Of a stretch of 64,000 bases of DNA, positions 46,617-61,080 are shown piece after piece. The notes beneath the pieces were generated by a model, which searched no databases, had not been told where the DNA came from, and saw nothing but the letters and a program-made list of their open reading frames with translations. A program made the position numbers and the translations under genes. This DNA comes from an uncultured Chloroflexia bacterium (GTDB taxonomy: Bacteria; Chloroflexota; Limnocylindria; Limnocylindrales; CSP1-4), in the NCBI GenBank assembly GCA_963833225.1, contig CAWHXD010000008.1:608001-672000 (forward strand), in the 5' to 3' direction. Position 1 is the first letter of the stretch. Each line of letters starts with the position of its first letter.

Positions 46617-48563
46617 ATGGCCCTGCCGGTCCCCAACCTTGACGACCGCCGCTTCCAGGACCTCGTGGACGAGGCCAAGCGGCAGGTCCAGCAACGCTGC
46701 CCGGAGTGGACAGACCACAACGTCTCCGATCCGGGCGTGACGCTGATCGAGCTCTTCGCGTGGATGACCGACCAGATCGTCTACCGGCTCAACCGCGTCC
46801 CGGATCGGAACTACGTGAAATTCCTGGAGCTCATCGGTGTCTCGCTGTTCCCGCCGACCGCGGCCCGGACATCGGTCACGTTCTGGCTCTCGGCGCCCCA
46901 GCCGGATGTCGTGACGATCGCCGCCTCCACCCAGGTCGCGACCGTCCGCACGGACACGGCGGAGGCGATCGTGTTCGCCACCACCGAGGCGCTGCCGATC
47001 ATCCCCTCCTCGCTGGCGCGGCTGGGCTCGATGATCGACGGCAAGACGTACCGGGACCACACCGAGGCCCTGGCCAAGGGAGCCGACATCTACGGCTTCC
47101 ACGAGGTTCCCAAGCCGGGTGACGCCCTGTACGTCGGCCTCACCGAGGCCGTTCCGTCGAACGCGGTCCGGCTGCGCTTCAACGCCCACATCGAGGGCGT
47201 TGGCGTGGATCCCACCAACCCGCCGCTTGCCTGGGAGGCCTGGACGGGCGACGACTGGGAGCCCTGCGAGCTGGATTCGGACTCCACGGGGGGTCTCAAC
47301 CGCGACGGCGACGTCGTCCTGCACGTGCCGGCCGGGCACGTGGCCTCACTCATCGCCAAGCAGCGGGCCGGCTGGCTCCGCGGCCGCGTCACCGAGACCG
47401 TCGAGGGGCAGCCCGGCTACAGCTCTTCACCGTCCGTCACCGGCCTGTCGGCGATCACCATCGGCGGGACCGTCGAGGCGGTCAACGCCGACCTGGTGCG
47501 CAACGAGGAGGTCGGGGTCTCCGCCGGGGTCCCCGGCGAGCGATTCTCGCTCACGCGTGGTCCGGTCGTCCCGGGTGATGGCGCCATGATCCTCGAGGTG
47601 TCGGGTGACGATGGCTGGGACGAGTGGACCCAGGTGTCCGACTTCGCCAACTCGGGACCGGACGACAAGCACTTTGCCGTGGATCTCACCGCCGGTGAGG
47701 TCCGGCTGGGTCCGGCCGTTCGGATGGCCGACGGCACCTTGCGCCGATACGGCGCCGTGCCCCCCAAGGGCGCCCACCTCCGCGTCCGCGAATACCGGGT
47801 CGGGGGCGGCCGGCGGGGCAACCTCGCCCCGAGGGCGCTGACCGTCCTCAAGTCCTCGATCCCGTTCGTGAGCCGCGTCGAGAACCGGCGTCCAGGGCGC
47901 GGCGGCGTCGATGGCGAGGACATCGAGAACGCCAAGGTCCGCGGGCCGATCCGGCTCCGGGCCCGGGGGCGTGCCGTGACCACCGAGGACTTCGAGCAGC
48001 TCGCCCGCGAGGCGGCTCCTGAGGTCGCCCGCGTCCGGGCCGTCGCGGCCGGTGACGGTGCCGACGCCGGGTCAGTGCGCGTGCTCGTCGTGCCGGCCGC
48101 CGTGTCGGAGCAGGGGCGGATCCGGTTCGACCAGCTGGTGCCGTCCGAGGACACGCTCCAGGCGATCACCGATCGCCTGGAGGAGAGCCGCGTCATCGGC
48201 ACCCGAGCCAACGTCGAGCCGCCGGTGTACCGGGGCATCACCGTCGTCGCGAAGATCAAGCCGAGGTCGCGGGTCAACCCGTCGCGACTCCAGGAAGAGG
48301 CGCTCGAGGCGCTCTACGCCTATTTTCACCCGATCACCGGGGGGCCCGACGGGATCGGCTGGCCATTCGGCCGCCCGATCAACGTGGGTGAGGTGTTCTC
48401 CGTCCTCCAGGGTCTGCCCGGCACGGAGATCGTCGAGGATGCCCGCCTGTTCGGGGCCGACCCGGTCACCGGCCAGCGCGGCCAGCAGACGCAGCGCCTG
48501 GAGCTCGAACCCCATGCGCTCGTGTTCAGCTACGAGCACCAGGTGCTCGTCGAGGGTGCCTGA
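46617..48563 (+). CDS. Baseplate J-like assembly protein (Afp11)
   Basis: LDDRRFQDLV, PEWTDHNVSDPGVTLIE, RAVTTEDFE and GWPFGR. Confidence 0.95.
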   Translation: MALPVPNLDDRRFQDLVDEAKRQVQQRCPEWTDHNVSDPGVTLIELFAWMTDQIVYRLNRVPDRNYVKFLELIGVSLFPPTAARTSVTFWLSAPQPDVVTIAASTQVATVRTDTAEAIVFATTEALPIIPSSLARLGSMIDGKTYRDHTEALAKGADIYGFHEVPKPGDALYVGLTEAVPSNAVRLRFNAHIEGVGVDPTNPPLAWEAWTGDDWEPCELDSDSTGGLNRDGDVVLHVPAGHVASLIAKQRAGWLRGRVTETVEGQPGYSSSPSVTGLSAITIGGTVEAVNADLVRNEEVGVSAGVPGERFSLTRGPVVPGDGAMILEVSGDDGWDEWTQVSDFANSGPDDKHFAVDLTAGEVRLGPAVRMADGTLRRYGAVPPKGAHLRVREYRVGGGRRGNLAPRALTVLKSSIPFVSRVENRRPGRGGVDGEDIENAKVRGPIRLRARGRAVTTEDFEQLAREAAPEVARVRAVAAGDGADAGSVRVLVVPAAVSEQGRIRFDQLVPSEDTLQAITDRLEESRVIGTRANVEPPVYRGITVVAKIKPRSRVNPSRLQEEALEALYAYFHPITGGPDGIGWPFGRPINVGEVFSVLQGLPGTEIVEDARLFGADPVTGQRGQQTQRLELEPHALVFSYEHQVLVEGA

Positions 48564-49117
48564 TGCGGGGCGGTCTGACCGGTCTGGCATCGCCCCATCC
48601 CCTGGGGCCAACGCTGCCCGCGATCTACCAGGACGACGACTTCGCGCAGCGGATGCTCGAAGCCTTCGACCAGGTCGTGGCCCCCATCTACTCGACCCTC
48701 GACAACTTCGATGCCTACCTCGATCCGTGGCTGGCGCCCGAGGACTTCCTCGCCTGGCTTGGCGGCTGGGTGGGCTTCGCGCTCGACGACAGCTGGGATG
48801 ACGCCCGGAAGCGAGAGGTCGTCGCGCGTGCCGCCGAGCTGTTCCGGATGCGTGGGACTGCGGCGGGGCTGGCCGGCCAGGTCGCGATCCAGACCGGCGG
48901 CACGGTTCAGATCATCGAGAACGGCGCGACGGGCTGGTCCGTGGACCCTGGGGGCGAGCTCCCCGGGTCCGCGGAGCCGCTGGTCGTGGTCCGCGTGACC
49001 GTGCCCGACCCCAAGGCCGTCGATGCGGCTCGGCTCGATGCCCTCGTCGCGACGGCCAAGCCCGCCCATGTGATGCACCGGATCGAGCTGGTCAAGGGCC
49101 CGGCGCCAAAGGGATGA
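48563..49117 (+). CDS. P2 gpI-like tail/baseplate protein
   Basis: [27 protein letters not shown] and KPAH. Confidence 0.9.
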   Translation: MRGGLTGLASPHPLGPTLPAIYQDDDFAQRMLEAFDQVVAPIYSTLDNFDAYLDPWLAPEDFLAWLGGWVGFALDDSWDDARKREVVARAAELFRMRGTAAGLAGQVAIQTGGTVQIIENGATGWSVDPGGELPGSAEPLVVVRVTVPDPKAVDAARLDALVATAKPAHVMHRIELVKGPAPKG

Positions 49118-49193
49118 GCCGGCCCGGCTGGATCGTACCGGCCCGCGCCGTCTATCCTTCGCGGGTTGGCGTCGGGGAGCGGGGAGGGCACGC

Positions 49194-51353
49194 GTGATCG
49201 TCTGCGGCAATTGCGGCCACCAGAACGAGTCTTCGGACGCGTTCTGCGGGAACTGCGGCCAGTTCCTCGAATGGGTGGCGAAGCCGGCAGACGGCGCCCA
49301 GGAACCGCCCTCGGGGTCCGCCGCATCCGGCCGCGTGGTCGTGATCGACAGCGGACCGGCGCAGGCTCCGGAGCCAGTCGTGGAACCCGAGCCGGAGCCT
49401 GAGCCGGAGCCGGTTGCCGAACCCGAGCCTGAGCCGGAGCCGGAGCCGGTTGTCGAACCCGAACCGGAGCCCGAGCCCGTTCCTGAGCCCGAGCCGGAGC
49501 CGGTGCCGGAGCCCGAGCCGATTGCCGAACCCGAGCCGGAGCCGGTGCCTGAACCGGAGCTCGAGCCGGTTCCGGAGCCGGTTGCCGAACCGGAGCCTGA
49601 GCCGGTTCCGGAGCCGATTGCCGAACCCGAGCCGGAGCCTGAGCCCGTTCCTGAGCCGAGCCCGAGCCGGAGCCGGAGCCGAGCCCGAGCCGGAGCCGGA
49701 GCCGAGCCTGAGCCTGAGCCCGAGCCGGAGCCGGTTGTCGAACCCGTGCCTGAGCCCGAGCCAGCACCGGAGTCCGAGCCCGAGCCCGTTCCTGAGCCCG
49801 AGCCCGTACCGGAGCCCGAGCCCGAGCCCGTTCCTGAGCCCGAGCCCGAGCCCGAGCCTGAGCCGGTCGCCGAACCGGAGCCCGAGCCCGAGCCTGAGCC
49901 GGTCGCCGAACCGGAGCCGGAGCCGGAGCCCGAGCCGGAGCCCGAACCAGAGCCCGAGCCGGAACCCGAGCCAGCGCCGATCCCGGCACCGCCGGCGAAG
50001 CCGCGCGCCCGTCGTGGCGGCCCGAGCAGGAAGCTCTCGAGCACGCTCGCGGAGAGCGGCGAGACCCTGCCGGGGCCGGTGTCGCCGTCCGGATTCCCTT
50101 CCACCTGGTCGGCGGCACCAACACCAGGGGCTGCGGTGCCAACGCCACCGCCGGTGACTCCCGTCGCCGCACCATCGGTCCCGTCCAGCCGCGGCGCCAT
50201 CCCGGGCTGGGGCCAGCCATCTTCGGGCACGCCCACGCCGCCGGTGACCGCCACACCCACGCCGCCATTCAGCCCGCCGGTGGCCCAGCCGCCCGCGGCC
50301 CCCACCCCGCCGCCAGCCGCGCCCACTCCCCCGCCGGTGCAGCCATCGGCGGTCAGGCCAACGGCCACCCAACCCGCCGCGGTGACCCAGCCACCGCCCG
50401 TTCAGCCGGCCGCGGTCAGCCCGCAGCCCGCAGCCCGATCGCCGCAGCCGGCGGACGACCAGCCGGGTGCCCGACTGCCAACGGCCCAACAGGCCCCGAA
50501 GCCACGCCAGGCGGCCCAGGCCGAGCAGGACGTCGCCCAGCCCGGTGACCGGATCTGCGGATCCTGCGGTGCGCCAAACGACCCGGCGCGCAAGTTCTGC
50601 CGGCGTTGCGGGGCCAGCCTGGTCGAGGCCAAGGTGGTCGCCGAGCCGAAGCTGCCGTGGTGGAAGCGCCTGTTCGGCAGGGGCAAGAAGAAGCAGGAGT
50701 CGAGGTACGCGGCCGGCGAGCGCAAGAGCTCGATGAAGAAGGCCGCCCCCAAGACCGGTGGCATCCGCGGCCTCCTCGGCAAGATCGGCATCGTCCGAGG
50801 GCTGCTGGGCCTCGTGGTCGCGATCGGCATCTTCGGGTACGTCGGCATCCCGTCATTCCGCGGCATGGTGACGTCCGCCGTGGACCCCCTCCTCCACGGG
50901 GGCCCGACGCAGGTCATCGAGAACATCCGGAAGATCGTCTCGCCCAAGCCCGCCCAGGTCGTCCCCCGGCCCGAGGACGTGACGGCCAGCAGCGAGGTGA
51001 AGGGCCACGAGGCGCGTCTCATTCGGGACGGCAGCACGGCAACCGACTGGCAGGGCACGGACAAGGTGCCCGAGATCACGGTGAAGTTCGAGGAACCGAT
51101 CGACCTCGGCTGGGTGATCGTCACCTCGGGCAACTCGGCTGCGTTCGCGGACATGCGGCGCCCGTCCGCCCTCGAGTTCGACTTTCCCGACGGCTCGACG
51201 AAGCGCATCGACCTCGAGGACACCAAGGAGCCCCAGACGTTCGAGCTGTCGGCCGGCGTGATCAGCAGCGTCGTGATCCGCGTCGTCGACACCAACGGGC
51301 CCGAGTCCACGCCGATCTCGATCTCGGAGATCGAGTTCTTCAAGAAGAGCTAG
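49194..51353 (+). CDS. Zn-ribbon / (Pro-Glu)n / Zn-ribbon / TM / discoidin-like bitopic protein (CisA-like membrane adaptor candidate)
   Basis: CGNCG.QN....FCGNCG.FLEW, long PE repeat, Pro-rich region, CGSCG.PN....FCRRCG, basic stretch, TM and ASSE...DG...TDW domain. Confidence 0.85.
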   Translation: MIVCGNCGHQNESSDAFCGNCGQFLEWVAKPADGAQEPPSGSAASGRVVVIDSGPAQAPEPVVEPEPEPEPEPVAEPEPEPEPEPVVEPEPEPEPVPEPEPEPVPEPEPIAEPEPEPVPEPELEPVPEPVAEPEPEPVPEPIAEPEPEPEPVPEPSPSRSRSRARAGAGAEPEPEPEPEPVVEPVPEPEPAPESEPEPVPEPEPVPEPEPEPVPEPEPEPEPEPVAEPEPEPEPEPVAEPEPEPEPEPEPEPEPEPEPEPAPIPAPPAKPRARRGGPSRKLSSTLAESGETLPGPVSPSGFPSTWSAAPTPGAAVPTPPPVTPVAAPSVPSSRGAIPGWGQPSSGTPTPPVTATPTPPFSPPVAQPPAAPTPPPAAPTPPPVQPSAVRPTATQPAAVTQPPPVQPAAVSPQPAARSPQPADDQPGARLPTAQQAPKPRQAAQAEQDVAQPGDRICGSCGAPNDPARKFCRRCGASLVEAKVVAEPKLPWWKRLFGRGKKKQESRYAAGERKSSMKKAAPKTGGIRGLLGKIGIVRGLLGLVVAIGIFGYVGIPSFRGMVTSAVDPLLHGGPTQVIENIRKIVSPKPAQVVPRPEDVTASSEVKGHEARLIRDGSTATDWQGTDKVPEITVKFEEPIDLGWVIVTSGNSAAFADMRRPSALEFDFPDGSTKRIDLEDTKEPQTFELSAGVISSVVIRVVDTNGPESTPISISEIEFFKKS
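49368..49973 (+). repeat. Coding hexanucleotide microsatellite CCN-GAR encoding ~200 aa of Pro-Glu repeats
   Basis: Runs of CCGGAG/CCCGAG/CCTGAG interspersed with PV/PVA units. Confidence 0.95.
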
Positions 51354-54300
51354 GAGATCGCGCCCGCCCCGTCCACGGCCACGCCCAGCGCCTCGAGCAC
51401 GAGGGCGTACTCGCGCCGGTCGCGGGTTGCGGCACCCGCATCGCCGCCCCGTTCCCGCGCGGCGATGAGCATCCGCCACAGGGCGTCCTGGTAGCGGTCG
51501 AGCTCGAGCCCGAACCGGCAGGTCCGGACGACGGCGGCGAGGTCGCCGGCGAGCAGCGACGCCTCCGCGAGCCGCTCCGCGGCCTCGATGGCCCGGGCTG
51601 CGGCACTGGTCGCGCCGCTCGGTGACCCAGCCGGCAGGCCCTTCCTCCGGCAGGAGGTCGCCCGTATAGAGGTCGACAGCGCTGGCGAATGCCGCGGCCG
51701 ACAGGTCGCCCTGGTCGCTGGTCGCTCGCCCGGCAGCGATCGCCAGGTCGAATCGTCCCAGGTCGACGTCCTCGGCAGCGACCGCAAGCCGGTAGGCATC
51801 GCCGTCGCGGCCGATGAGCCGGCTGCCGATCGGTCCAGCCTCCTCGTCGAGCAGGCGTCGCAGCGCCGACAGCGCCACGTGGAGACTCCGAGCGCCGGCC
51901 GTCGCGTCCGACTCGGGCCACAGCGCCTCCTGGATCACCTCGCGGTGAACGGGTGCCCCGGCGTGGAGGGCGAGCAGCCGGAGCAGCGACCGGGCCCTCG
52001 GCTTGACCCCGTCGAGCGAGACCCGTCGTCCATCGGCCTCGAGCGCGAACCCGCCCAGCGTCCGGACCTGGACGCTGGTCGCCTGCTCGTCGGCCGCCGG
52101 GTCCACGGGCTCAGCGGCTCCCACGCCGGACGATGCTGGCGCGACGGTGCGGCCGACCGCCCAGGGCGGCAGCACCAGCCCCGTCTCATCGCCGTCGCGG
52201 TCGCCAGCCGGAGGTGGTCATCGGCATGCGCGGGATCCACCTCCGCGAGGGCCGCGTGGGCCATCATCCGTGCGGCCGGCGTGCCCGAGGCTCGCGCCAG
52301 GGCCTCTGCGGCCACGGCGTGCTCGCCGGCATCGGGCAGGCCCGCATGCGCCGCCGCAAGGGCACCAACCGACCGGGCCCAGGCCTCGAGCACGCCGGTC
52401 CCGAGGTGCCGGAACGCATCGGCCGCGGTCTCCGCCGAGGTCACGGTGGCGTCGATGGGTCCGTCCCCGCACCAGGCGGCCGCAAGCTGCAGCAGCGCGG
52501 CGCCCCACGGCTCCTCCTCCGCGAGGGCCGAATCGCGGTCGAAGCCCGAGGCGGGTTCCGGCCGGCGCGCCGCCGACGTCACGGCGTCGCCGCCTGCGCG
52601 GCTTGCCATGCGCCCGGCGAGGACACGCCCTAGCCGCGCGAGCCAGGCGATGCCTGCCCGCTCAGCGTCCTCCACGGCCCGGTCGAAGGTCCGCGCGTCG
52701 CACGGCTCGCCCCCGAGCACCGCGGCGACGGTGGCGCCCAGCCGGGCAGCGGCCGTCGCAACCGGACCTCCCTCGCCCGAGTCCGCCGCATCGGTCAGCA
52801 TCCGGTGCGCAACCGTCACCTCGCCGGATGCCAGCGCGAGCAGGCCACGCGCGACCGGCGCCAGGCGATCGGCCCGGTGCGCCAGGTCGCGGACGGCGGT
52901 TCCCGGGTCGCGGACCAGGCCCGTCCGCAGGATGCCGGCGGCGTCCGGCTGGGGAATCGTGAGCGGGTCCAGCCAGGCGGCCAGCGCCAGGCGCTCGGCA
53001 CGAGGCACCTCCGCGGCGCGGACCGGCCCAAGGCCCGCCTCGGCGTGGGCGTAGGCCGCGAGGGCGGCCGCCCAGCGCCCGTCGTTGCGCGCCCGACGCG
53101 CCGCGGCGAGGGCAACCCACGGGTCGTGGCGCTCGATAGCCGGCGGCAGCTCCTCGATCCAGCGTCCTTCGCTGCCCGCGGCCAGCCGCTCCCCTTCCCC
53201 GCCCAGCAGCCGGCGGACCGCGTCCCAGTCCGCCGCGCGCGAGTACGCGCGCAGCGCCTCGGCAAACGCTCCCTCCGCCTCGAGCAGCCGGCCGGCCCGA
53301 TCGTGGCGGTCGCGGGCCGCCGCCTCGCCGATCTCCTCTACCAGCATCCGGTCCAGGTGCTGGCGCAGGATCTCGTGATAGCGGTAGGCGTCCGTCCCGT
53401 CCTCGATCGGGACCGTGAACACGCCGCGCCGCGCCAGCTCGTCGAGAAGCGCGTTGCTCCCGGTCGCGCCGCGGATCTCGTCGCACAGGTGGCCCGACAG
53501 GCGCCCCAGGACGCAGGTGTCGAGGAGGAAGGTCTGGAGCTCCGCCGGGAGCCCGCCCATCACGTTCTGGGCGAGATACTCCCGCAGCAGCCGGCCCGAC
53601 GATCCCGGGCCGCCGAGGACGCGGCGACGCTCCTCGGGCGAGCGTCCCCGCGTCGCGAGATGGAACAGCTGGAGGCCCGCGGCCCAGCCCTCCGTGCGTC
53701 GGGCGAGCGCGGCGAGATCTGCCGGGGGCACCGGGTCGTGGTAGACCTCGCGGAACAGCTGTTCCACCTCCCAGGCGCGGAACCGGAGGTCGTCCGTGCC
53801 CACCTCGAGCAGGTCGTCCGCGACGCGGAGGCGAGACAGGTTGAGCACCGGGGCCACGCGGGTCGCCACCAGCAGGGTGAGCCACGCGGGCGCGTAGTCG
53901 ATGAGCCGTCCGAAGGCCGCCTCGGCCGGCGTGTCCTCCAGGTAGTAGAAGTCGTCGATCACGAGCAGGACCGGCGCCTCGGGCGACCCCGTGGCCTCGA
54001 GATCGCGCACCGCGTCCTCGACCGTCCGCCAGCCGCCGGCGAGCGATGGCAGGGCGGCCGACAGCGACGCCTCGAGGTGGCGGACGAAGGACAGCTCGTC
54101 GGCGTCCCAGGTTTCCGCGCGGTACCAGGCGACGGGCCGGCCGGCGATGGCGGCGAAGCGGGCGAGGAGCGTGGTCTTGCCCGAGCCCGCGGGAGCGATG
54201 ACGAGCGTCAGGCGCTTGTGGATCGCCTCGGCGAGACGCGCCTCGAGGCGCTCGCGGGGCAGCGCGGCAAGCACGGGAACCCGGATCTTCGCCGGCACCA

Positions 54301-54361
54301 CCGGCAGCGTCCCCACGTCGGCCGAGCGGCCCGTCGTCGCGCCCTCCCGCGCGTCACGCAA
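51350..54361 (-). CDS. MalT-like ATPase regulator with C-terminal OmpR-HTH/BTAD (SARP); apparent frameshifts at ~52175 and ~51595
   Basis: [19 protein letters not shown] and YRYHEILR; VRTLGGF...[10 protein letters not shown]...[10 protein letters not shown] and [10 protein letters not shown]...W in following frames. Confidence 0.85.
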
Positions 54362-54483
54362 TCCGACACTCCCCTACGGCCAGGCAGCATTCCCGGGGTC
54401 GTCCGGCTCGGCGCCCGGGGCCCGTATCGTGCCACCGCATCGGATCGCGGTCTAGGGGGTAGAACGCCGCATCGGTTGCCCGG

Positions 54484-54520
54484 AACGACGAAGCGCTCCC
54501 CCGGTGATCGGGGAAGCGCT
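54484..54520 (-). terminator. Intrinsic terminator downstream of ppdK
   Basis: Minus strand AGCGCTTCCCCG-ATCAC-CGGGGGAGCGCT followed by TCGTCGTT. Confidence 0.65.
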
Positions 54521-54563
54521 CGTCCGACGTTCGCGAATTCTGGGGCCGTCGGGCCCGGCCGGG

Positions 54564-57345
<2,782 letters not shown>

Positions 57346-57610
57346 CGTGGAGGGGCTCCTTGTGCAAGCGGGCGGGCTCGAACCTGGGGACGCAGCCCGC
57401 GGACGTACCTCGATGAGGATCACCACGATTGTACGCCGCGACTCCCGGGGACCCGGGTTTCGGTCGGGTCGCGAAGGCGGGGGCCGGACCGCCCGGGGAA
57501 TGGGGCCATTCGGCGCCGAAGCGCGGGCCACGGGGCACGGGAACGCGGTGTACGCTCAAGATGCAGCCGCGTGTCCCCCAACCGAACCGAGAACCACAGG
57601 AGCCCGTCCC

Positions 57611-58435
57611 GTGCCCGACCCGGTCGATGCCCAAGCCATCGAGGACAGCCGCGTCATCGACATCTTCGCCGACGTCTATAACGCGACCCTGGTCCACCGC
57701 GAGGACCTCACCGCGGACCTCGCCTACTTCCGCATCAAGATGGACGGCCCCGCCACCCCCTTCATCCCCGGGCAGTACATGACGCTCGGCGTCGTGGCGG
57801 ACGGCAAGATGCTCCAGCGACCGTATTCGATCGCGTCCGCACCCTCGACGGCGGACACCCTCGGCTACGAGGTGTTCGTCCGGCACGTCCCGATCGTCCG
57901 GTTCACCACGGCCCTGTGGCGGCTCAAGGTGGGACACCGGGCGCGCCTCATCGGGCCCAAGGGCAAGTTCATGCTGGAGCCCGAGGACGAGCGGACCCAC
58001 CTCTACGTGTCCACCGGTACCGGGATCGCCCCGTTCATCTCGATGATCCGGGAGACGATGGCCGAGGAGAAGCCGCGCGAGACCGTGCTCATCAACGGTT
58101 GCTCCTTCGCGGACGAGCTTGGCTACCGCGAGGAGCTCGAGGCCTGGGAGCGGGATCCGGCCTATCGCCTGACCTATGTGCCGACGATCTCGCGGCCCAA
58201 CGACCCGCGCAATGCCGGCTGGTCGGGTCGCGTCGGGCGAGCCGAGCAGGTCATCACCGAGGTCTGCCGGGACCTCTCGCTCAAGCCTGACCGGACTGTG
58301 GTCTACATCTGCGGCAACCCCGAGATGATCCTCAACGTGGAGCGCACCTTGATGGAGCGCGGGTTCCCGGAGTTCCACGTCAAGAAGGAGCTCTACTGGC
58401 CGAAGGGCAAGGCGCCGGTGGCCGCGTCCGGCTGA
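57611..58435 (+). CDS. fpr: Ferredoxin--NADP+ reductase (bacterial FPR type)
   Basis: PGQY, RPYSIAS, STGTGIAPFISM, YICGNPEMI and E.YW; AGGAG RBS. Confidence 0.85.
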   Translation: MPDPVDAQAIEDSRVIDIFADVYNATLVHREDLTADLAYFRIKMDGPATPFIPGQYMTLGVVADGKMLQRPYSIASAPSTADTLGYEVFVRHVPIVRFTTALWRLKVGHRARLIGPKGKFMLEPEDERTHLYVSTGTGIAPFISMIRETMAEEKPRETVLINGCSFADELGYREELEAWERDPAYRLTYVPTISRPNDPRNAGWSGRVGRAEQVITEVCRDLSLKPDRTVVYICGNPEMILNVERTLMERGFPEFHVKKELYWPKGKAPVAASG

Positions 58436-58692
58436 GACACGAGGATCCCACCGTGCAGACGCGGAGCCCGGGCGGCCTGCTGGACTGGCTGATCCCGCGC
58501 CTCCCGCGCCAGGGCTCGTCGAACTAGGTCGGCGCTCGGGGAGCCGGCCGCGGCTCGCGCGGTCCCGCGATGCCCTCCGATCGGCCCTGCGCCTACGTGA
58601 CCTTCGGACCCGCGAGCGGGGCCATCCGAGGCTGACGTGCACGGTTTGCGGGTTTGGGACCATTCTTGAGTCCACAAGCACAGTGAGGTTCC

Positions 58693-59551
58693 ATGCATCC
58701 CGTCATCGAGCGAGAGCAGCTCTCCCCGAACGTCGTCCGCCTCGTCGTCGAGGCTCCTCGGATCGCGAAGGTCCGGCGTCCCGGCCAGTTCGTCATCGTC
58801 CGGAAGGGTCCGGGCGCCGAGCGCATCCCGCTCACGATCGCGGACAACGATCCGGAAGCCGGGACCATCACCCTGATGATCCAGGCCATCGGCGTCAGCA
58901 CGACCGAGCTCACCAGCCTCCAGGTCGGCGACGCCATCCAGGATGTCGCCGGCCCCCTTGGGCGCGAGACCGACCTCATCGAATCCGGCCACGCCGTGTG
59001 CGTCGGCGGCGGTGTGGGAACGGCCGTCCTGCTGCCGATCGTCGCGTGCGCTCGCCGACCACGGCATCCACGTGACCAGCGTGATCGGCGGCCGCAGCAA
59101 GGAGTGGGTCATCCTGGAGCCCGAGCTTCGGGCCTGCGGCGACGTGGTCGTGTGCACGGATGACGGGTCGTACGGACGCCACGGCTTCGTGACCGAGGCG
59201 CTCAAGGACCTGCTCGATGCCGGCGGGGTCGACGCGGTCTACGCCATCGGGCCGGTGCCGATGATGAAGGCCGTGTCCGCCATGACCGAGCCCTACGGCG
59301 TGGCGACCACCGTCTCCCTCAACGCCATCATGGTCGACGGGACCGGCATGTGCGGCGGCTGCCGCGTGACGGTCGGCGGCCAGACCAAGTACGCGTGCGT
59401 CGACGGCCCCGAGTTCGACGCGCACAAGGTGAACTTCCAGGAGCTCGCCGACCGCCTCACCACGTACCGCACCTTCGAGCAGGCCGCGCTGGCCCGCCAG
59501 GCGGACGAGACGGCGAAGGGCGCCTGCGCAACCACAGAGGTGAAGGCATGA
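58693..59551 (+). CDS. nfnA: NfnA/SudB-like FAD/NAD-binding [2Fe-2S] subunit; apparent frameshift at ~59045
   Basis: PGQFVI..ERIPLTIAD, GGGVG, TDDGS.G and MVDGTGMCGGCRV....KYACVDGPEF. Confidence 0.88.
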
Positions 59552-61063
59552 CCGAGCCCGCGTCCCCGGTGCCGGCCGACGAGGACGGCGCCGCAACTCC
59601 CAAACCCCCACTCTCCAACAAGGAGCGGATGCAGATCGACCGGGTGGCCATGCCTGAGCAGGCGGGCGAGGCCCGGGCCCAGAACTTCGAGCGAGGTCAA
59701 CCTCGGCCTCACCTACCAGCTCGCGATGCTGGAGGCGGAGCGGTGCATCCAGTGCCCCAAGCCGTTCTGCGTGGACGGTTGCCCGGTCCGCGTTGACGTC
59801 CCGCGGTTCATCAAGTTCCTCCGCGAGGGCAACATGCCCGCCGCGGCGGAGAGCCTGCTCAACGACAACGCCCTGCCCTGCGTGACCGGGCGCGTCTGCC
59901 CGCAGGAAACCCAGTGCGAGGGTGTCTGCGTCCGGGCGAAGAAGGGCAACCCGGTGGCCATCGGCTACCTCGAGCGGTTCGTGGCCGACTGGGCCCAGGC
60001 CAACATCGACCAGCTGCCGAAGGCTCACCCCACCCAGACGGGCAAGAAGGTCGGCATCGTGGGCTCCGGCCCGGCCGGGCTCACGGCAGCCGGCGAGCTG
60101 GCGCACCGCGGCCACGACGTGACGGTGTTCGAGGCGTTCCACGCCCCGGGCGGCGTGCTGATCTACGGCATCCCGGAGTTCCGCCTGCCCAAGGACATCG
60201 TCCAGGCCGAGGTGGACCGCCTCGTGGCCGACGGGGTGAAGATCGAGGTCGACGCCATCGTCGGCCGGACCTACACGATCCCGGAGCTCCGCGAGGACTA
60301 CGACGCCCTGTTCCTGGCCGTGGGCGCCGGTCTGCCGGTGTTCATGAACGTCCCAGGCGAGAACTACAAGGGCGTCTACTCGGCCAACGAGTACCTGACC
60401 CGCGTCAACCTGATGGGCGCCTGGAACCCGGAGTCCCATACCCCCATCCTCCATGGCCAGCGCGTGGTCGTCGTCGGCGGCGGCAACGTCGCGATGGATG
60501 CCGTCCGAACGGCCAAGCGCCTCGGCGCCGCGGAGGCGACGATCGTCTACCGCCGGTCCGAGGAGGAGCTCCCGGCGCGCAAGGAGGAGGTCCACCACGC
60601 CAAGGACGAGGGCGTGCGCTTCGAGCTCCTGACCGCGCCCGAAGAGGTCATCGGCGACGAGAACCGCTGGGTCACCGGCCTGCGGGTGTCCTCGATGGAG
60701 CTGGGCGAGCCCGACGCGTCCGGCCGCCGGCGCCCGATCAAGATCGAGGGATCGGAGCACGTGATCGACTGTGACCTCGTGGTCGTGGCCATCGGGACGC
60801 GGGCCAACCCGTTGCTCACCGGATCCGCCCCGGAGCTCAACGTCAACGAGTACGGCTATCTGCTCGCGGACGAATGGGGCATGACGTCGATGCCCGGCGT
60901 GTTCGCGGGTGGCGACATCGTCCGCGGCGCCGCAACCGTGATCCTCGCGATGGGCGATGGCAAGCGCTCCGCGCAGGCGATCGACTCCTACCTGCGGGGC
61001 GTCTGGCCGCCGGAGGGCGTGGACCCCACGGGGAAGAAGGAGGCCGCGGCCGCGGCGAGCTGA
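59548..61063 (+). CDS. nfnB: NfnB/SudA-like (GltD-like) large subunit; apparent frameshift at ~59690
   Basis: EAERCIQC...[40 protein letters not shown] and [16 protein letters not shown]; ATGA overlap with nfnA. Confidence 0.88.
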
Positions 61064-61080
61064 ACGGCCCGCGGGCATCG

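Noticed and set aside
38635-49117. Prophage or T6SS
   Set aside because: No capsid, portal, terminase, integrase or lysis genes and no TssJLM/ClpV; DUF4255, Afp15-type ATPase and DUF4157 indicate a CIS
49650-49710. [15 protein letters not shown] segment inside the PE repeat as a distinct motif
   Set aside because: It is the same repeat read in other frames through three 1-bp deletions that restore the frame; probably sequencing error or slippage
48530-50489. Long minus-strand (GS)n and (RL)n ORFs
   Set aside because: Antisense shadows of the Pro-Glu hexamer repeat
59548-61063. Glutamate synthase small subunit (gltD)
   Set aside because: No gltB nearby, and it is coupled to an NfnA-type gene
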